A DNA stretch of 63,853 nt, the filler included, from Choristocarpus tenellus KU-1152 (lineage: Eukaryota > Protista > Phaeophyceae), in the NCBI GenBank assembly GCA_964200185.2. It is 11 parts of 11 records of this genome, joined end to end, with 100 filler letters (N's around TTAATTAATTAA, not from the genome) between each part and the next. Parts side by side here need not be neighbours in the genome. Positions count along the whole stretch, not along the records: positions 19,278 to 28,442 come from CAXNAD020003924.1; positions 28,543 to 35,111 come from CAXNAD020007851.1; positions 35,212 to 41,510 come from CAXNAD020008447.1; 8 more parts are not named here. One strand, written 5' to 3'. The notes beneath the pieces were generated by a model. It ran no database searches and had not been told where the DNA came from. It saw only the letters and a list, made by a program, of their open reading frames with translations. Both the position numbers and the translations under genes were made by a program. The number at the start of each line of letters is the position of its first letter. The first letter of the stretch is position 1. This document shows, piece after piece, positions 24,035 to 37,284 of this stretch.

Positions 24035-26057
24035 TCACCCGAACTTGGTCTTTACTGTCAGTGTTGACTTGTTTCGGGGAACAATGGCTTTGCACACTCT
24101 TGTCTTTTTCCCATCCACCATCGACTCACAAGTGCCACAGTCTCCCTTGCTGCAATTGTACTCAATCTTTGCCCCTGATGCCTTGACCACATCCCTCAGC
24201 TTCTGCCCCTGCACCGCTTGAACTTTCCTGCCGTTAACAGTCACCTAGTTTGAGAATCAATGAACAGTGAGGCAGGGGGAGGGGGGAATACCAATGTATG
24301 GCCTCAATATTTGCAGCATGATTTGCTATTCTCAACGTCATTTAGAGTAGTCAATATCCCCTCACTTCGTCTTGATGTTATGCACAGCACCATGGTGTAC
24401 CTATTGACGGAAACAGTGCACCCCCACATTGTGCATCCACCATACCTATCACATTCAACGGCGCAAAACCCATTCCGAATCTTGGCAAGGTAAATCTTGT
24501 TTCACTGCCAAGGAGTCAAAGTATCTGGAGGGGGGGGGTGCCGGCATCCGTTTTTGACCCTGGCTCAAAGTATCTGGGGGGGGTGGCGGCTATCCATTTG
24601 GGGTCAATTTTTTCATATCGCGATTTTTGGGTGATTTGGTTCCATACGTTGGATGGATAATCAAACTAGACTTTTCCTGGTTTTGGTCCAAATGGACACT
24701 CTGGTGTAGACCCCCCTCCCCCCAGATACTTTGGGTCCAAGATCCAGCATTAACAACTTACTGCGAAATTGGACAGGATACTGCAAAAAAGAACATTACC
24801 TCCTTGACATAATATGTTTGTATCCTGTTCCTATTGAGTCTGGTGGAGAAATATTTCACCTTGCATATTCACCCACTTTTTCAAAACAGAGAGAATGCTA
24901 AGGGGAAGAGTGCACAAAAACACTCCCAATGCCTTGGACTCTTTGTATGTTGACCTTGAGTGTGTCATTCTGCAGATAACTGCAGCTTCGTTTTTTCCTC
25001 TTGGTATCTTGCCGTTCCATGACTCTTGGACAAGTGATTTGATCTTTCAGCTGCAATCAAAATATTCTTTTGGGGAACACCTGTAAAACTTACACATTAT
25101 TGACATCTTGTTTACCCTTTCATTTGGGATTTCTGATTGGCTAAACAGTCATTGCATCTCCACAGCTATTTCATGCCTCTAGAACCACATGAATTCAATC
25201 TCAGTCACTGGCCTCAAATAATTAAGCAATATTCTACAGAGAAGATAATCCTCAGTCACGTAAGGTTGAAGTACATCAACTCCCCAACAACTTTCGTTCC
25301 TTCCACCTTGCCATTCCTAAAATGAAGTGTGCTGGAGAGGTGCGGTAAGGGGCAACCTCCACTGCTTTAAATATTTGCACGTGAAAGGTTTTCAATGACC
25401 ACTTGTAAATACAGTGGGTCGAAGTGTGCTAACATTGTTCGCATTTGCACGAGCCTTGTGTTGAGGTCAAGATATCATCACACTATGGACCATAAACGTT
25501 TTCCAAGTTACAACTCTTCTTTCCAGTAGAGGGCATCCAGGAACCCTGCAGTTACGATCTGAACTAGGGGGTCGGTGTTTCTTGGTCTGGGTGATATATG
25601 GATCATCACTTGTTGATCATGACGCACGATGGATATGATGTGTGAGAGAAGGATGGACGTCCCATGCACAGTAGTAGTTGCCGAGGATGAAGCTGAAATT
25701 CTTCTTAGTCTCAAAAGCATGTACAACTATCTTCATGGAACGACTATTTACGACATTAATTCACTCGACCTGTCGATACTGTTAGGGGAATTCAAATAGG
25801 GGTAAAAGGGCAAGACCCACCGTGCACGTCTGGGGCTTATTCTTCAGTCCCGGGTTTTTCTTTTCACCATAATCTTCGTTGGCAAAAGCTTTATTGAGTG
25901 CATCTCCCAAGCCCATCTTCAATGGCACGGAAGACGACGATGACCTTCCAGTTGAAAGGATGCCTGCTGAAGGTCTCAACGTCAGAGGCAACCTAACAAA
26001 CGCCTCAATCGAACATGCGCAAAGATAGAGAACAGAAAAAACGCCAAAGGTCTTCAT
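24035..26057 (-). CDS. Plastid-targeted 2Fe-2S ferredoxin-domain protein (148 aa); exons 25821-26057, 24035-24244
   Basis: Signal peptide MKTFGVFSVLYLCACSIEA-FV (ASAFAP-type cleavage site), then a Ser/Arg-rich transit peptide. A phase-0 GT-AG intron precedes the domain with YNCSKGDCGTC...RVC (Cx4Cx2C..C). Confidence 0.9.
24513..24737 (+). mobile_element. MITE family B, full copy, in the ferredoxin-gene intron
   Basis: TIRs gagtcaaagtatctgg../..ccagatactttgggtc; 4-bp TSD caag on both sides. Confidence 0.85.
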
Positions 26058-26641
26058 TGCTATCAGCAGAAAATGGTCTCCCAGTTAGTTCTTTGATAGT
26101 AGTAACAACGGACAGCGTCAATCGGTTCACAACTTCGATGATGTCTTCAATACTTGATCGACAATCTGAGTCAAGGGATTTGCATATACTAAAGGTGGCG
26201 TTTTCGTAATAGGAGTTATGGGCTGTTTCACACGTACTTGGAACAACTTGCACGTACCCTCCATTCCTGGTGACACGCTTTTGTCTTCCGGATTCGGGCT
26301 TGACACATCTCGTTTCACCTAAGCCCTCTGTAATTTTGGAACCCCGCAACCTCATCAACAATATCACTTCAACAAAACGTTGAACGGATTGACATCATCA
26401 AATGCAAATTCCACTGTGTCATCCCTCCACCACATCTGAACTCATTGAATCAAAAGTCTAATGCCATAAACCAATAGACCCAATCAGTCACTTCAGCACT
26501 ATTTGTGGTGCTTGGTAGGTAGATATCTGCAGGCATGCACAAGGAGGCAATAGCATTTGGGGGGACGGGGGGAGAGGCAGATACCACCAGAGGGACAAAA
26601 GTGCGATGTTCTCAAGCAAAGCAAGAAATCTCACCAAATAA

Positions 26642-26821
26642 GACCCAAAGTATCTGTGGGGGGGGGTGGGGGTCTACACCAGAGTGTCCATTTGGGCCAT
26701 AACCAGGAAAGTGTACTTACATTGTCCATCCGATGAATGCAACCTAATCACCCAAAAATCGCGACATGAAAAAATTGACCCCAAATGGACAGCCGCCAAC
26801 CCTCCCCTGATATTTTGAGTC
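26642..26821 (-). mobile_element. MITE family B copy
   Basis: Termini gacccaaagtatctg / gatattttgagtc; TSD ataa on both sides. Confidence 0.85.
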
Positions 26822-28266
26822 ATAAGGTTGGTGTTTGAATAGTAGGATTGTGTCATATTTCTCAGACCCATAAATAAAAATTGTTTCTCTGTTCGAATCA
26901 CGTTTCTCTGTTATTGTCTACACAACCAACTGTTGTTGTTCCTTCCACTATGGTTGAGCTCTCACTGTTTAGCGATCAATTTGGACTGAACTCTTGACCA
27001 AAGCACAGCTTGGCTAAGTTTTTGTGAGAACAAGATAGAGTGAAACGAAAAGTGTTGAAGTACAGCCCTTGTGCACATTTTTGTGATCCGCGCACTACCC
27101 TTCCTCTTGTCCTTCCCATGCTCTGCAACATAGTTCGATTTAGCACATTGTGTTCATGCACATAAACACTCTATCCAATACAACATACAACAAATATGAG
27201 CTATAGTGCTTCAAATTACCCTAGAAATGTTTTGTTCCGAAGAATTTTTTTATTATCATGTATTCTGAAATAATCTCAATTTCTTGATCACGTAAACCCC
27301 TTGAACATCTTGGAGCTCACACCCAAGAGCAACACGTCTGAGAGAAGAGAGAGGGAGGGTAACTGTGAAGAAAGTGCTGCACAATGTGTGTATTGCATGT
27401 AATGAACCAGTCAATTTAAATTGTTTCACTCCGTTCCTACTACTGGCCACCTAGACTGCAGTCTCCTTCCTTGCTTGCATACCAAGTTTTTTGGTTTGAA
27501 CAGATAAACCACAAGTTGCCTAGACCAAGGTCAACTAATTATCTCTTCACATATATTACAACACGCCATCCTTTGCTACACACAATCTGCGTTAAATGTT
27601 TTCATGCTGCACAGAATTAGTAATCGTCGCCCCTAGTATCCATTCGATCTCAGGCAATGGCAGTATGTGACCCTACCTGTTCTATACAATTTTCCTAATG
27701 ATGACCACCAGCCCACATCTTGCTGAAAGGAGGGAAATGCCTTATCGCATGGCCCTCTGTAATAATGTGAATAATTACATTGTCTGCCTACTTGACGAGC
27801 TGGCAGCACTCCAGAGACTTGCATCTAGATATCCCCCTTGTAAGTGTGCATTGATCCATTTATGTTGTTGACTTGCTTCACCTATCCCCTGCCCTTTTGA
27901 CTATTCATGGAGTGATAACAAAAATATTCCCCACGAAAAAAAAAAAGTGCACATCGCATCCTATACTATTTCGTGCCCAACATCATTTTGCAGGTGCTTT
28001 CTGTTTAACCATAGGACATCCCTAAGCAGACTAGCAGTGCATATACCCGCACCTCCATCTGTCCAGAGGTTGTAACTGTCTGAACTACACTGTGTGATAG
28101 ACGGACATACCGAGTCATGAGTGGATAAGAGTTTTTACTTAGAAGCGTCTATGTGTCCCCTCATCAAAAAAAAATCTGATGCATTTTCTGCAGGTGTAGG
28201 TTGGACTATGTTTATGTTTTCCAAATGAGATACACTTGTACAGTAGTACAAACTACTCATGTGAAA

Positions 28267-28442
28267 GGCTCAAAGTATATGAGTGGGGGGTGGTGACTGT
28301 CCGTTTGGGGTCACTTTTCCATGTCGCGATTCTTGTGTGGTTTGGTTGCATGCGTCGGATGGATAATGTAAGTGCACTTCTCCTGGTCAGGGTCCGAATG
28401 GACACCCTGGTGTAGAGCACCCCCCCCCCCCCCCCCCCCCCC
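28267..28442 (+). mobile_element. MITE family B copy ending in poly-C at a gap
   Basis: ggctcaaagtat..gtccgtttggggtca..atgtcgcgatt..aatggacaccctggtgtag. Confidence 0.75.
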
Positions 28443-28779
28443 NNNNNNNNNNNNNNNNNNNNNNNNNNNNNNNNNNNNNNNNNNNNTTAATTAATTAANN
28501 NNNNNNNNNNNNNNNNNNNNNNNNNNNNNNNNNNNNNNNNNNTCTGCCTGCATTTCCTCATCTACTCTACCGTGGTGTCTATAGTGTATCAGTAGCACTA
28601 TCTACAAACAGAGACCAGGTAGGACCTCCATGTTACAGTAGAAGAACATCCAGGCTATAGTAGGGAGCTACCAATAATTCTAGTGCTGTGGTGCATACTG
28701 AGTACTCTCTTCAGTTTGAAGAGACCAGGTAGGACCTCCATGTTACAGCACGCTCCAGAAGCTTACCTCCACAGGATAT

Positions 28780-30300
28780 ATATAGCTCCAATCCACAAGC
28801 CTATAGATGACACTGAGACCTGCGCACCATCCTGTAGGAAGCACCTTCTGTTGAAATAGACTCCTTCAGCTGTAGGAAATATCGCTAGTAGTATACATGC
28901 AGAGGCAGAATACAATAATTGTTGGTTAATCCATATTTGTTCTTGTATACGAACGGATAGATAGGTACTGATTCCATTAGGCGTGGTGTTTTGGGGTTGT
29001 ATGGTCATATCCTCTGCTTGGGAATAATCTCTCTACAACATTTGGAATACTCCTGAACTTATCTCTTCTATGCACATACATGTGTTGGGGGATACTCTAA
29101 CACCTTCGATTAACGGGTAGGGGGAGGGTTTTCGAGGCAGTGTCCAACTAATGATCTGTGTATGAAGATGCCATGTTGTCGAAATTACTTGGTACATTAG
29201 CTCCATCTTTGGGTAGCACTGCCTATCTTATTGGCTGATAAATGTACGACATCTATTGGCACCACATCTTTCAATTGGGGGAAAAACCATCAAGGAGACG
29301 GACCAATACCGACATGATACAGTGGTTCAATAACGTTGACAAGACTAAGTATAACCTCGCATTGTATTGCAGAGGAATCACGAAGGAGCAATACTAACGC
29401 TACTATACAATATATGTCCACCCTTCTCCTTCTTAAAATATCATGCAATTCATCTCCTACAAGCAGGGTACAACAAGGCACTCAACACCAAGGTATCCCA
29501 TCATCAATCATGACCAAGTTGTTTCCAAACTCTTCACTTTACCTTTCCTACACAGTACACACAAAAAATATATTTTTTCCACTTTTCTTGTTCGCATTTT
29601 TTTTTGTCCATCACTAATATGCAATTAGTAACATACTTCCAGTAATTTGCTGGTTATGACAAGCTCCATCTTCAGATCATCTTCAAGAGGAAGTCAGTGC
29701 ATCACACTGCTGCTCTATACTCGAACACAAACAAACTATGATATCAACGACAAAGGTTTAAAATCGTGACCAACAAAAGGCAAGAGCATACACCCACCTG
29801 CATACGTACCATAACAAGCCCTTTGGAATTAATGAACCTTGTCTCCTAACATGACTCACCAGAAATAGTCCTATCAAAAGCAAAAATTGCCATGCGATCA
29901 TGTCGGTCCACGCTAGAAAATTTAATCCTCTACGAGCTTTGAAATGGTTGAGCCTACTTTTCAAAGTTAGGTCCTGATATATTGCAAAAATTCCTGTGTG
30001 TTGTCTCTCCTCCTAGATATTCTGGTAATAACCTTAGATCAATGGTGGTACCTGTAAACAATTGTTGTAGTTTGATTTGAGGTAGATAGACATTGATGAT
30101 GTTGCAACGTAAGAGCAAGGGTGTGACGAAAAAATCGGTTGAAGCTCTAGTTGTTACACCTATTCTCTTGCACCAGCATTCATAAGCTCCTTCTCTAAAT
30201 ATGGACTTGCAGTTGTTGAGCCCTCTCCCTCATCTCAGCAGTCATCCCCACTTCTCCTTCGGGCGGACTCTTGTTCCATCAATTTTGTGTGAGTCTCTCT
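28780..30300 (-). mobile_element. Decayed Ty3/Gypsy-like gag-protease-RT remnant
   Basis: Remnants LLPEYLGGE (gag-like), LVMIDDG (protease-like), TLPYPLIEG..EISSGVFQM..YGLTN (RT-like) in the expected order; heavily mutated. Confidence 0.3.
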
Positions 30301-32309
30301 CTCTTCTGCTTGTGCTCATCTGTATAGATGTGTACAATATGCTATTTCTCAAGTAGTATATGCCTGTGAGATCACATCAACGACGTGGTTTCACTTCCAA
30401 TAAATTGTTGGGACTTCTCACCAACTAGACCACCACTGTCTCGAATGTGAAATCTCATTGCCAGTGGGGGGAAACAAGGAATATATGGACGATCCCCTCC
30501 CAATGGTGTAAGTACACCTTCTATACAAGCAGAGTTCGAGTGTATTACAAAAAACTATAATATCTTGATAACACCACAAATAGATTATCAATACCACAAT
30601 TTGAACTATTCCAGAATACGTTATTCAGGTATGCCACCTGGCACTCACTTGGCACCCACTTGGACAGATTAACACATATGTCGGAACTATTTCTCATCAA
30701 ATCAGTGCTTATCAAATGTTCAAAGTGGTACAAAAGAGACCAATGAAAAAGCGAGCAACGAAAGCAAGAAGATGCTATACAGGGGTAACTCCATGTGGTA
30801 TGGCCAACACAGCACTAGTTTCTGACACACGATCACGTGGAGAGCCCTAACAACAGGATTCCAAACTTGATAGGAAACTCTAAACTCTCACTATTTGAAC
30901 ATTAAACTTGACATGCCTTGGGTCATAATGGTCCCAAATCTCCTTCAAGTGCTTTTTGGCAGGTGTTTATGGCGCGAGCAAACCACAGCAGGATATTGTA
31001 CATAATTCAAAGGCTAGTATCGATCCCTCTCTGATGAATCCGTAGGAGGATTAAACAGGGCAATATTGAACTTTGCTTCACAGGGAATATGGGCACCTTG
31101 GATAACAATAATACAAACTCACAGCTAATGGTTTCCATCACGCAAGTCGTAATTATCAGGGGACGTAGAGGTCGAGCATGGCACAAAGCACTTGATTATA
31201 TCCCTGCTCTTTGGAAGGTAGGGCAGGATCTCCTCTACCTCTTGCTGTACTCATCTTAGGGTTAGGGTTAGTACAGGACAAGATATACCATTACACCACT
31301 AGAATATTCTACATCTTGCAATGAGCAAAAAAAAATCTGAAACAAACCTTCTATTAAGGATCGTATCCCTTGCAATCTCAATGCAACCTTGGTATGTCAT
31401 CACAGTGCGCCTTCCTATCCACCTCCAAGATTGCTTCCCCTCGTTCCTTCCCATATGGTATGGCCTCCATTGGTAGAGTCTACAGCCCAATCTCCAAAGT
31501 CCTGGCCAAGTTGTCTAGCCAGCATGTCCATGTGAGGTTTCATGAACGCCTTAAGCTGTTTCCAAATGTGTATATAAAAAATAATTTGCACAGGAATGGC
31601 ACATGGGAAGTTGGTAGTATCATAAGTAATTAATAATCTTTTTTGGACTTAAGTCAATACGCAAAGCAAGACATTTTATCTCTAGCAGTACGTGCAAAGC
31701 ACAACAATATATTTTTTGTTAATAAAAGATGCAGTGGTTGAAAATGATATCATCCCAAAGTTGTATCAATTATTTTATTATGGGCCTACGTTAAAGAGGA
31801 GGAGGTTATGGCAACACAACAAACACATAGACCAAGAACAGTATCATCAATTACACAATTTGGCCAATAGTATCACCTGTATTATTGGTACTAATACTAT
31901 TTTTGTTCCACACTCACTCAAAAGTATCTCTACGCCTAGCCATAACCCTAGCCATAACCCTAGCCCATCACGTTCACTTGACAAGTCTGCTATAATACAG
32001 TTACCAATAATTAGCGCTTCCACAACACAGAACGACAGCAGCAACTGCTCCAACAAATAAAATACATGCATGCACCTCCTCTTATAGGCTTTATCCAGTA
32101 CTATTGATTCATCCATGATACCCTGGGGGTCTCTGGTGAGCGATCATAAACACAATCTATCTCCTAACAAAGCGGAAACAAATGAGGGCATGAGAGCAGA
32201 GCTCCTTAGCCCAGCCTCTTTGCAACAAGCACTAGAACTGAAAGGCATAAGACTCCGCTTAGACTTGAGAATAGTGCATTTCTATTCTGCCATGCAAAAT
32301 TATTACTTC

Positions 32310-32493
32310 AGACCCAAAGTATGTGTGTGTGTGTGGGGGGATTCTACACCAGGGTGTCCATTCGGGTCATAACCAGGAAAAATGAACTTGCATTATTCAT
32401 CCGACGTATGTAACCAAATCACCCAAAAATCGTGACATGAAAAAATTCGCCCAAATTGACAGCCGCCACCTCCCCCACGAGATATTTTGAGCC
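32310..32493 (-). mobile_element. MITE family B copy
   Basis: gacccaaagtatg...gatattttgagcc; interior matches family B. Confidence 0.75.
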
Positions 32494-33597
32494 TCAACTT
32501 GACCCAATTGCAAGAAGACCTAAAGCCTAAATGTACAACGGATTTCAAGACATAGATGTATTCCATCATGACCTTCCAGATCTCCTTAAACCATACCTTT
32601 GCCAGAGTGAGCACAAGGATATCATTTCATGCCATTTCTACGTAATGGGAACGTTTGGCAAACATCTAGATAAACACCTAACCCTTCATGAGGATGACCA
32701 TAACCCTAACCCTAACCCTATTGTAGTTCTAGCCCTAACCCTAAACAAAAGTCCAATAAAGCGACAACTTGTCCCTTCATAGGGATAGGGATACACAATC
32801 CAGCATCACATTGACCAATCAGCTTCTTCTGACATGGCCTACTAGCTCTCAAGCACTATGTAACAGAAATTAAAGTTGTCAAACACCTCCACTGCCCAAC
32901 CATGTGATGGGTGTCAACAGCCCTAACCTAAACACTACCCACCCAGCCTCCACAACAAAAATATGATTTAATGGAAATTGAATGTGAACAAAGTGTGCGT
33001 AAAACAAGTTAACCTTAACCTTAACCCTGACCTAAACTCCAAGCCTCAGCTTCACTGCACCAAGAAAACCTACGGGAACGTACTATGCGTCTGTAAGGCG
33101 AGAGAGATCCAAAGGGGGGCATATCAGGTGAAACTAAAGACCCAGGTCCATTTTTATAATCGTAACATTCAGTCCAACAACAACAACAACAATGAAGATA
33201 AGATCAGTAGTGTTATTAATAAAATGAATGCACACACAGGTGGCTTTAACAAGTCAGAAATCCACTGACTAGCACCTTGAAACGTGACCAGTCTAAGGGT
33301 GGGCTGCCGCCCAGTTTGGGAAATTCTCAATTACCTCATACCATAACTCTAAGTTGGCAGAGTGTGTTAGTAGGTCACGGTAATTACTGGCAGCGGTATA
33401 ACCAATCTGACACATGCCATCAAAGTTTCTTTCATATTAGACATACTATACATATCTCACAACCACAGTCCTATTAAAACCACTTTCTCTCACCTCCTGG
33501 ACCAGATTCTCTGGAAGCTGCTCTTCGTACTCACTACCCAGATGCCACCCTGTCCGCTTCTCAAAGTCTGGGTACTTGATGTTGAGGTGTTCCTTGA

Positions 33598-33853
33598 GAG
33601 TGAAAGAATCTTAGAGGGTACGAGTCTTGCCCTGTTTGTCCATTTAGGGCTTGGCTCCCATGTTTTTTTCATGACATTTCCCAACTCCAAAATGTGTCGG
33701 AGTAGGTAAAATGTGTGCGTTATGAAAAGGTGTGTCTGGAACAAGGATATTGACATTTCTTGGCAGACACGATAGCCAAAATTACAACAAAATCGCAGCA
33801 TTGGATTTTGGCCCCCAAATGGACGCGGCACTTCCCTCTAAGATAATTGGCTC
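33598..33853 (+). mobile_element. MITE family A, full copy
   Basis: TIRs gagtgaaagaatcttagaggg / ccctctaagataattggctc; TSD ttga on both sides. Confidence 0.85.
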
Positions 33854-35649
33854 TTGATGGCCTCTTTACCCATGGATGGGTACGTGTAAGATGGCACAGG
33901 CCATAAATTGACACAAAAACGATGTGTGCATAACACTTGAGACAGACTGCGTTAGCTTTATTACATTATTCAAGAGCTTTTCTCATCAATTTGGTAGCAG
34001 ATGCAGCAGTAAATATTAAATTCTCATAAGCATATAAACAGTACTTCAATACAGTAACCGAAATTTGAAAAGACCTGTACTGTACGGGAATAAGCCTACC
34101 ATCAAATGAATTGTGTGTATGATACCGAAATGGAATTATAGGAAAAACATGGTATGATATAGTAGTTTTTCCACCGTCAAATATAAGTATGTTGAGAGTG
34201 ATTTTGGAAGAAGTACGATGCGGAACGAGAAATGACTATGAAATACTGTCTACACTACACTGCCTTAATGAAAGTAATCTTGGAAAACAAACACGGTTAT
34301 CTTGAATTATATATAACGCGGAAGTCCACCGTTTCCCACGGTCAGTTGACATTCGGACCGCAAGGTATAAATGGTACAGTGTTTCCACAGTTACATTGGT
34401 TCCACAGCTATACTGGTTCCACTGTTTTTCATGGTGATCGAGATTTCTTCCACAGGTGACCATTCTACACACTCTGCAGTAGCCTCCTCTGATGAGGTGT
34501 TGGCAGAATCTCCAAAATAAAGATACCTATTACAAACTGCTTTTTGTCACGTGTCTGCTAACCCTAACCGTAATAATAAAATAGACAAATGTTAAGATAA
34601 TGGATTACTTAGGTTCACAATAATAGTGTGTCAAGAGTTGTATATTGATTGCAGCAAATATGTAGAATACATAATATCATACTATATTCTAAAACATCCT
34701 AGTATTAACATATATGTATAATTTTATTATACAGCCCTATGACATTTTGCAGATGTGTCGGGGAGGAAACCAATGAAAACTATACACATGTCAGCATAAG
34801 CCCTAAAGAAATAAATGACCTAATGACATTTTGCAGATGTGTCAGGGAGGAAAGCAATGGAAACTATACACAAGTTTTGTCACTCTAGGGGCTCCAGTAG
34901 GAACAGATGATTTAATTCGAGCTCACATGGCGGAGGTGATATAGAGCTCTGGGACTCGAGCTTTAGCTACACACCTCAGCGAGATGGAGGACAAGCAGGT
35001 GGCCTGGCTCCTCAACTCCTGGTCCCTCTCCTCTAGGCTAGGCTATCTGGTGAGGGTCACTCCACCTCACCTGGCACGCTCCACCATGGAGCAAGCAGAC
35101 AACACCTCCCTNNNNNNNNNNNNNNNNNNNNNNNNNNNNNNNNNNNNNNNNNNNNTTAATTAATTAANNNNNNNNNNNNNNNNNNNNNNNNNNNNNNNNN
35201 NNNNNNNNNNNATTGTATTTTGATGCCCAAATGGACGCGGCTCTACCCTCTAAGATACTTTGGCTCTTATTACAGTTGCAGTGCGGGAAAATGTTGAAGA
35301 TTGATCTATATCACAACCCTATTGTCTGAAATCTACAATCGAATATCTGCAAAATGGCCGAGGGCATAATAATATAATATATAGTGTCCGTCACAACCCT
35401 ATTAATAGCTCTATCAAGACGTGTCGTGTTTAACCTGGAGACATCAGCAGGGAGATGGGCAAGGAGGGGCTTGTTAGATTCTTGGGATATCTTCTCCAGC
35501 TCCTCGCCCTGGAGTGTAGGACCAAGCTAGGTTGGAGGCATAGGAGGGCAATGGCGTAGCATAACTGGTAGTAGAATAGTAAATAGATGATAGAAAAAGG
35601 TCTTTCACATTTACGACAGCTGTTGCTAGTTTTTCTGGGGTTCTGATAT

Positions 35650-35722
35650 CCGATTGGCTTTTGATTGGCTTTTGATTGACTTTTGATTGACTTTTGATTG
35701 ACTTTTGATTGACTTTTGATTG
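35650..35722 (+). repeat. 11-bp minisatellite (ttttgattgac)n
   Basis: About 6 direct copies. Confidence 0.9.
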
Positions 35723-37051
35723 GTTTTTCCCCTGACACATCTACAAAATGTCAGAGGGTATAATATTATATACATATAATCGAGAGTTGGCAATGGTGGA
35801 GAAATTAAGAAACCGTGCACAACCATCAGAATCCAACCGTACCGTGATGACCAACTATGGGTGATATTTCCCTCGCCATACCCTGCCGTCCAGATAGTAT
35901 TTAGTGTAAACATTGACCATACTGTCCAATTCATCAAGTAAACGTGACCGTAGCACAACTGACTGTACGGCGCTGGGGTGATCTTAGTGCAACCGTACCG
36001 CCCAGTGATACACTGACCGTAGAAGTTTATTAAATCAAACACAAATAAACACAGCAACTATATTCACTTTGTGGAAACCTTAAATCCTCAATTTTCGATC
36101 AACTTGTTGCCCTATTATTATTGTACAATAAGCAACTTGCTAGAGCGTATTGACACCTATGTCTACAGTATGACGTCATTCATCCCCTCATGACTAAGGT
36201 CACCTTTTTTTGGTAAGTGTATACATTATCAGTGTTGCAAGTAACAAACCTAGAAACACGATTTTGAGATTTTTAGGGAGCCGTGTGACTGATATATTGT
36301 TGTAGAGCACCTACCTAGGAAATTAGGTTCTATAACTGATTATTATCCCTCCTCGTTTAAAAAGTATTATTATTGTTCTGGGTGGTGACATCATGATAAT
36401 ATTAATAGTGAACCCATTAAATGATACTCCGGAGTATAATATAGCCCACTGACATTTTGCAGATATATGTCATGGAGGGAAAAAAGGTTAATACTATATT
36501 ACGTAGCATGCAGATTATAAGGTAATGAACTCCACACGTTCAAGTCATTCTTCTTTTAGTAGAAAGGCGAGTGTGACCGCACAACAAATTTGGCAATAAC
36601 TTAATGATGCAAGTGATTCCTTCACTCGATCAAACTGTCTAACCCTTCATTTCTACGCCATTTCTCTAACATTCACCCTTTAAAACCAATTAGTTACTCA
36701 TACTTCACTATGCAAGAACCACTTCATGAGGGTCAGTTCCTTTGTCTCTTCATGTAGAACCCCACATCTACTTCTGATTCAATACCAAGCACCAATCCTT
36801 CAACATCAACCTTCACCCACCCCCTACACTATTTGACTGGTTTTGTGTTGGTGTCTTATTTTGTGAACCCTAAGAGATGGCGTACCCAGTTCCACCGGGC
36901 CAACCTTCTCTAATTGTCTTCTTATCTTTCATCTTAAAACGTGGACTGTGGAGGACCCCCCAAATGAATTGGGCATGGGTTACTATGTTATAAATGTTTC
37001 CAATACTTATTCTGGGAAGAGCATGTCCGAGGGACACCTCTGGTGGCACAT

Positions 37052-37284
37052 GGGTCCAACCAACTGAGAGTTAGGCAGGGTGACGTTTTAAGGACCCCAA
37101 GAAAGGTAAAAAAGATGTCAGTTTTTGTACAATTGCAGAAAGAGCCTTTGCTCTTTTGTGGTGTCACGTTTTGTGTGGAAAGAGGAAATATCAATTTTGT
37201 GTACACTATTGTGTAAGTGAAACAATGAAATAGAGTGTATTGCAAAAAGGTCCAAACCTGCCGACCTCTCAACTGGTTTGACTC
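37052..37284 (-). mobile_element. MITE family E
   Basis: About 28-bp TIRs gggtccaaccaactgagagttaggcagg / cctgccgacctctcaactggtttgactc; TSD acat on both sides; a second copy lies at 55296-55522. Confidence 0.85.

Larger units (their letters stand above)
31130..33885 (-). pseudogene. Four-exon pseudogene of unknown family, disrupted by stop codons and a MITE
   Basis: Phase-consistent exons: about 33885-33494 (GKEAIK[MITE]EHLNIKYPDFEKRTGWHLGSEYEEQLPENLVQE), 32596-32520 (VWFKEIWKVMMEYIYVLKSVVHLGF), 31501-31348 (RTLEIGL*TLPMEAIPYGKERGEAILEVDRKAHCDDIPRLH*DCKGYDP**K) and 31238 downward (VEEILPYLPKSRDIIKCFVPC...). Confidence 0.55.

Noticed and set aside
24032-24037. TGA TGA at the end of the ferredoxin-like gene as possible Sec codons
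   Set aside because: The domain is complete before them, there is no redox motif context, and I saw no SECIS nearby.
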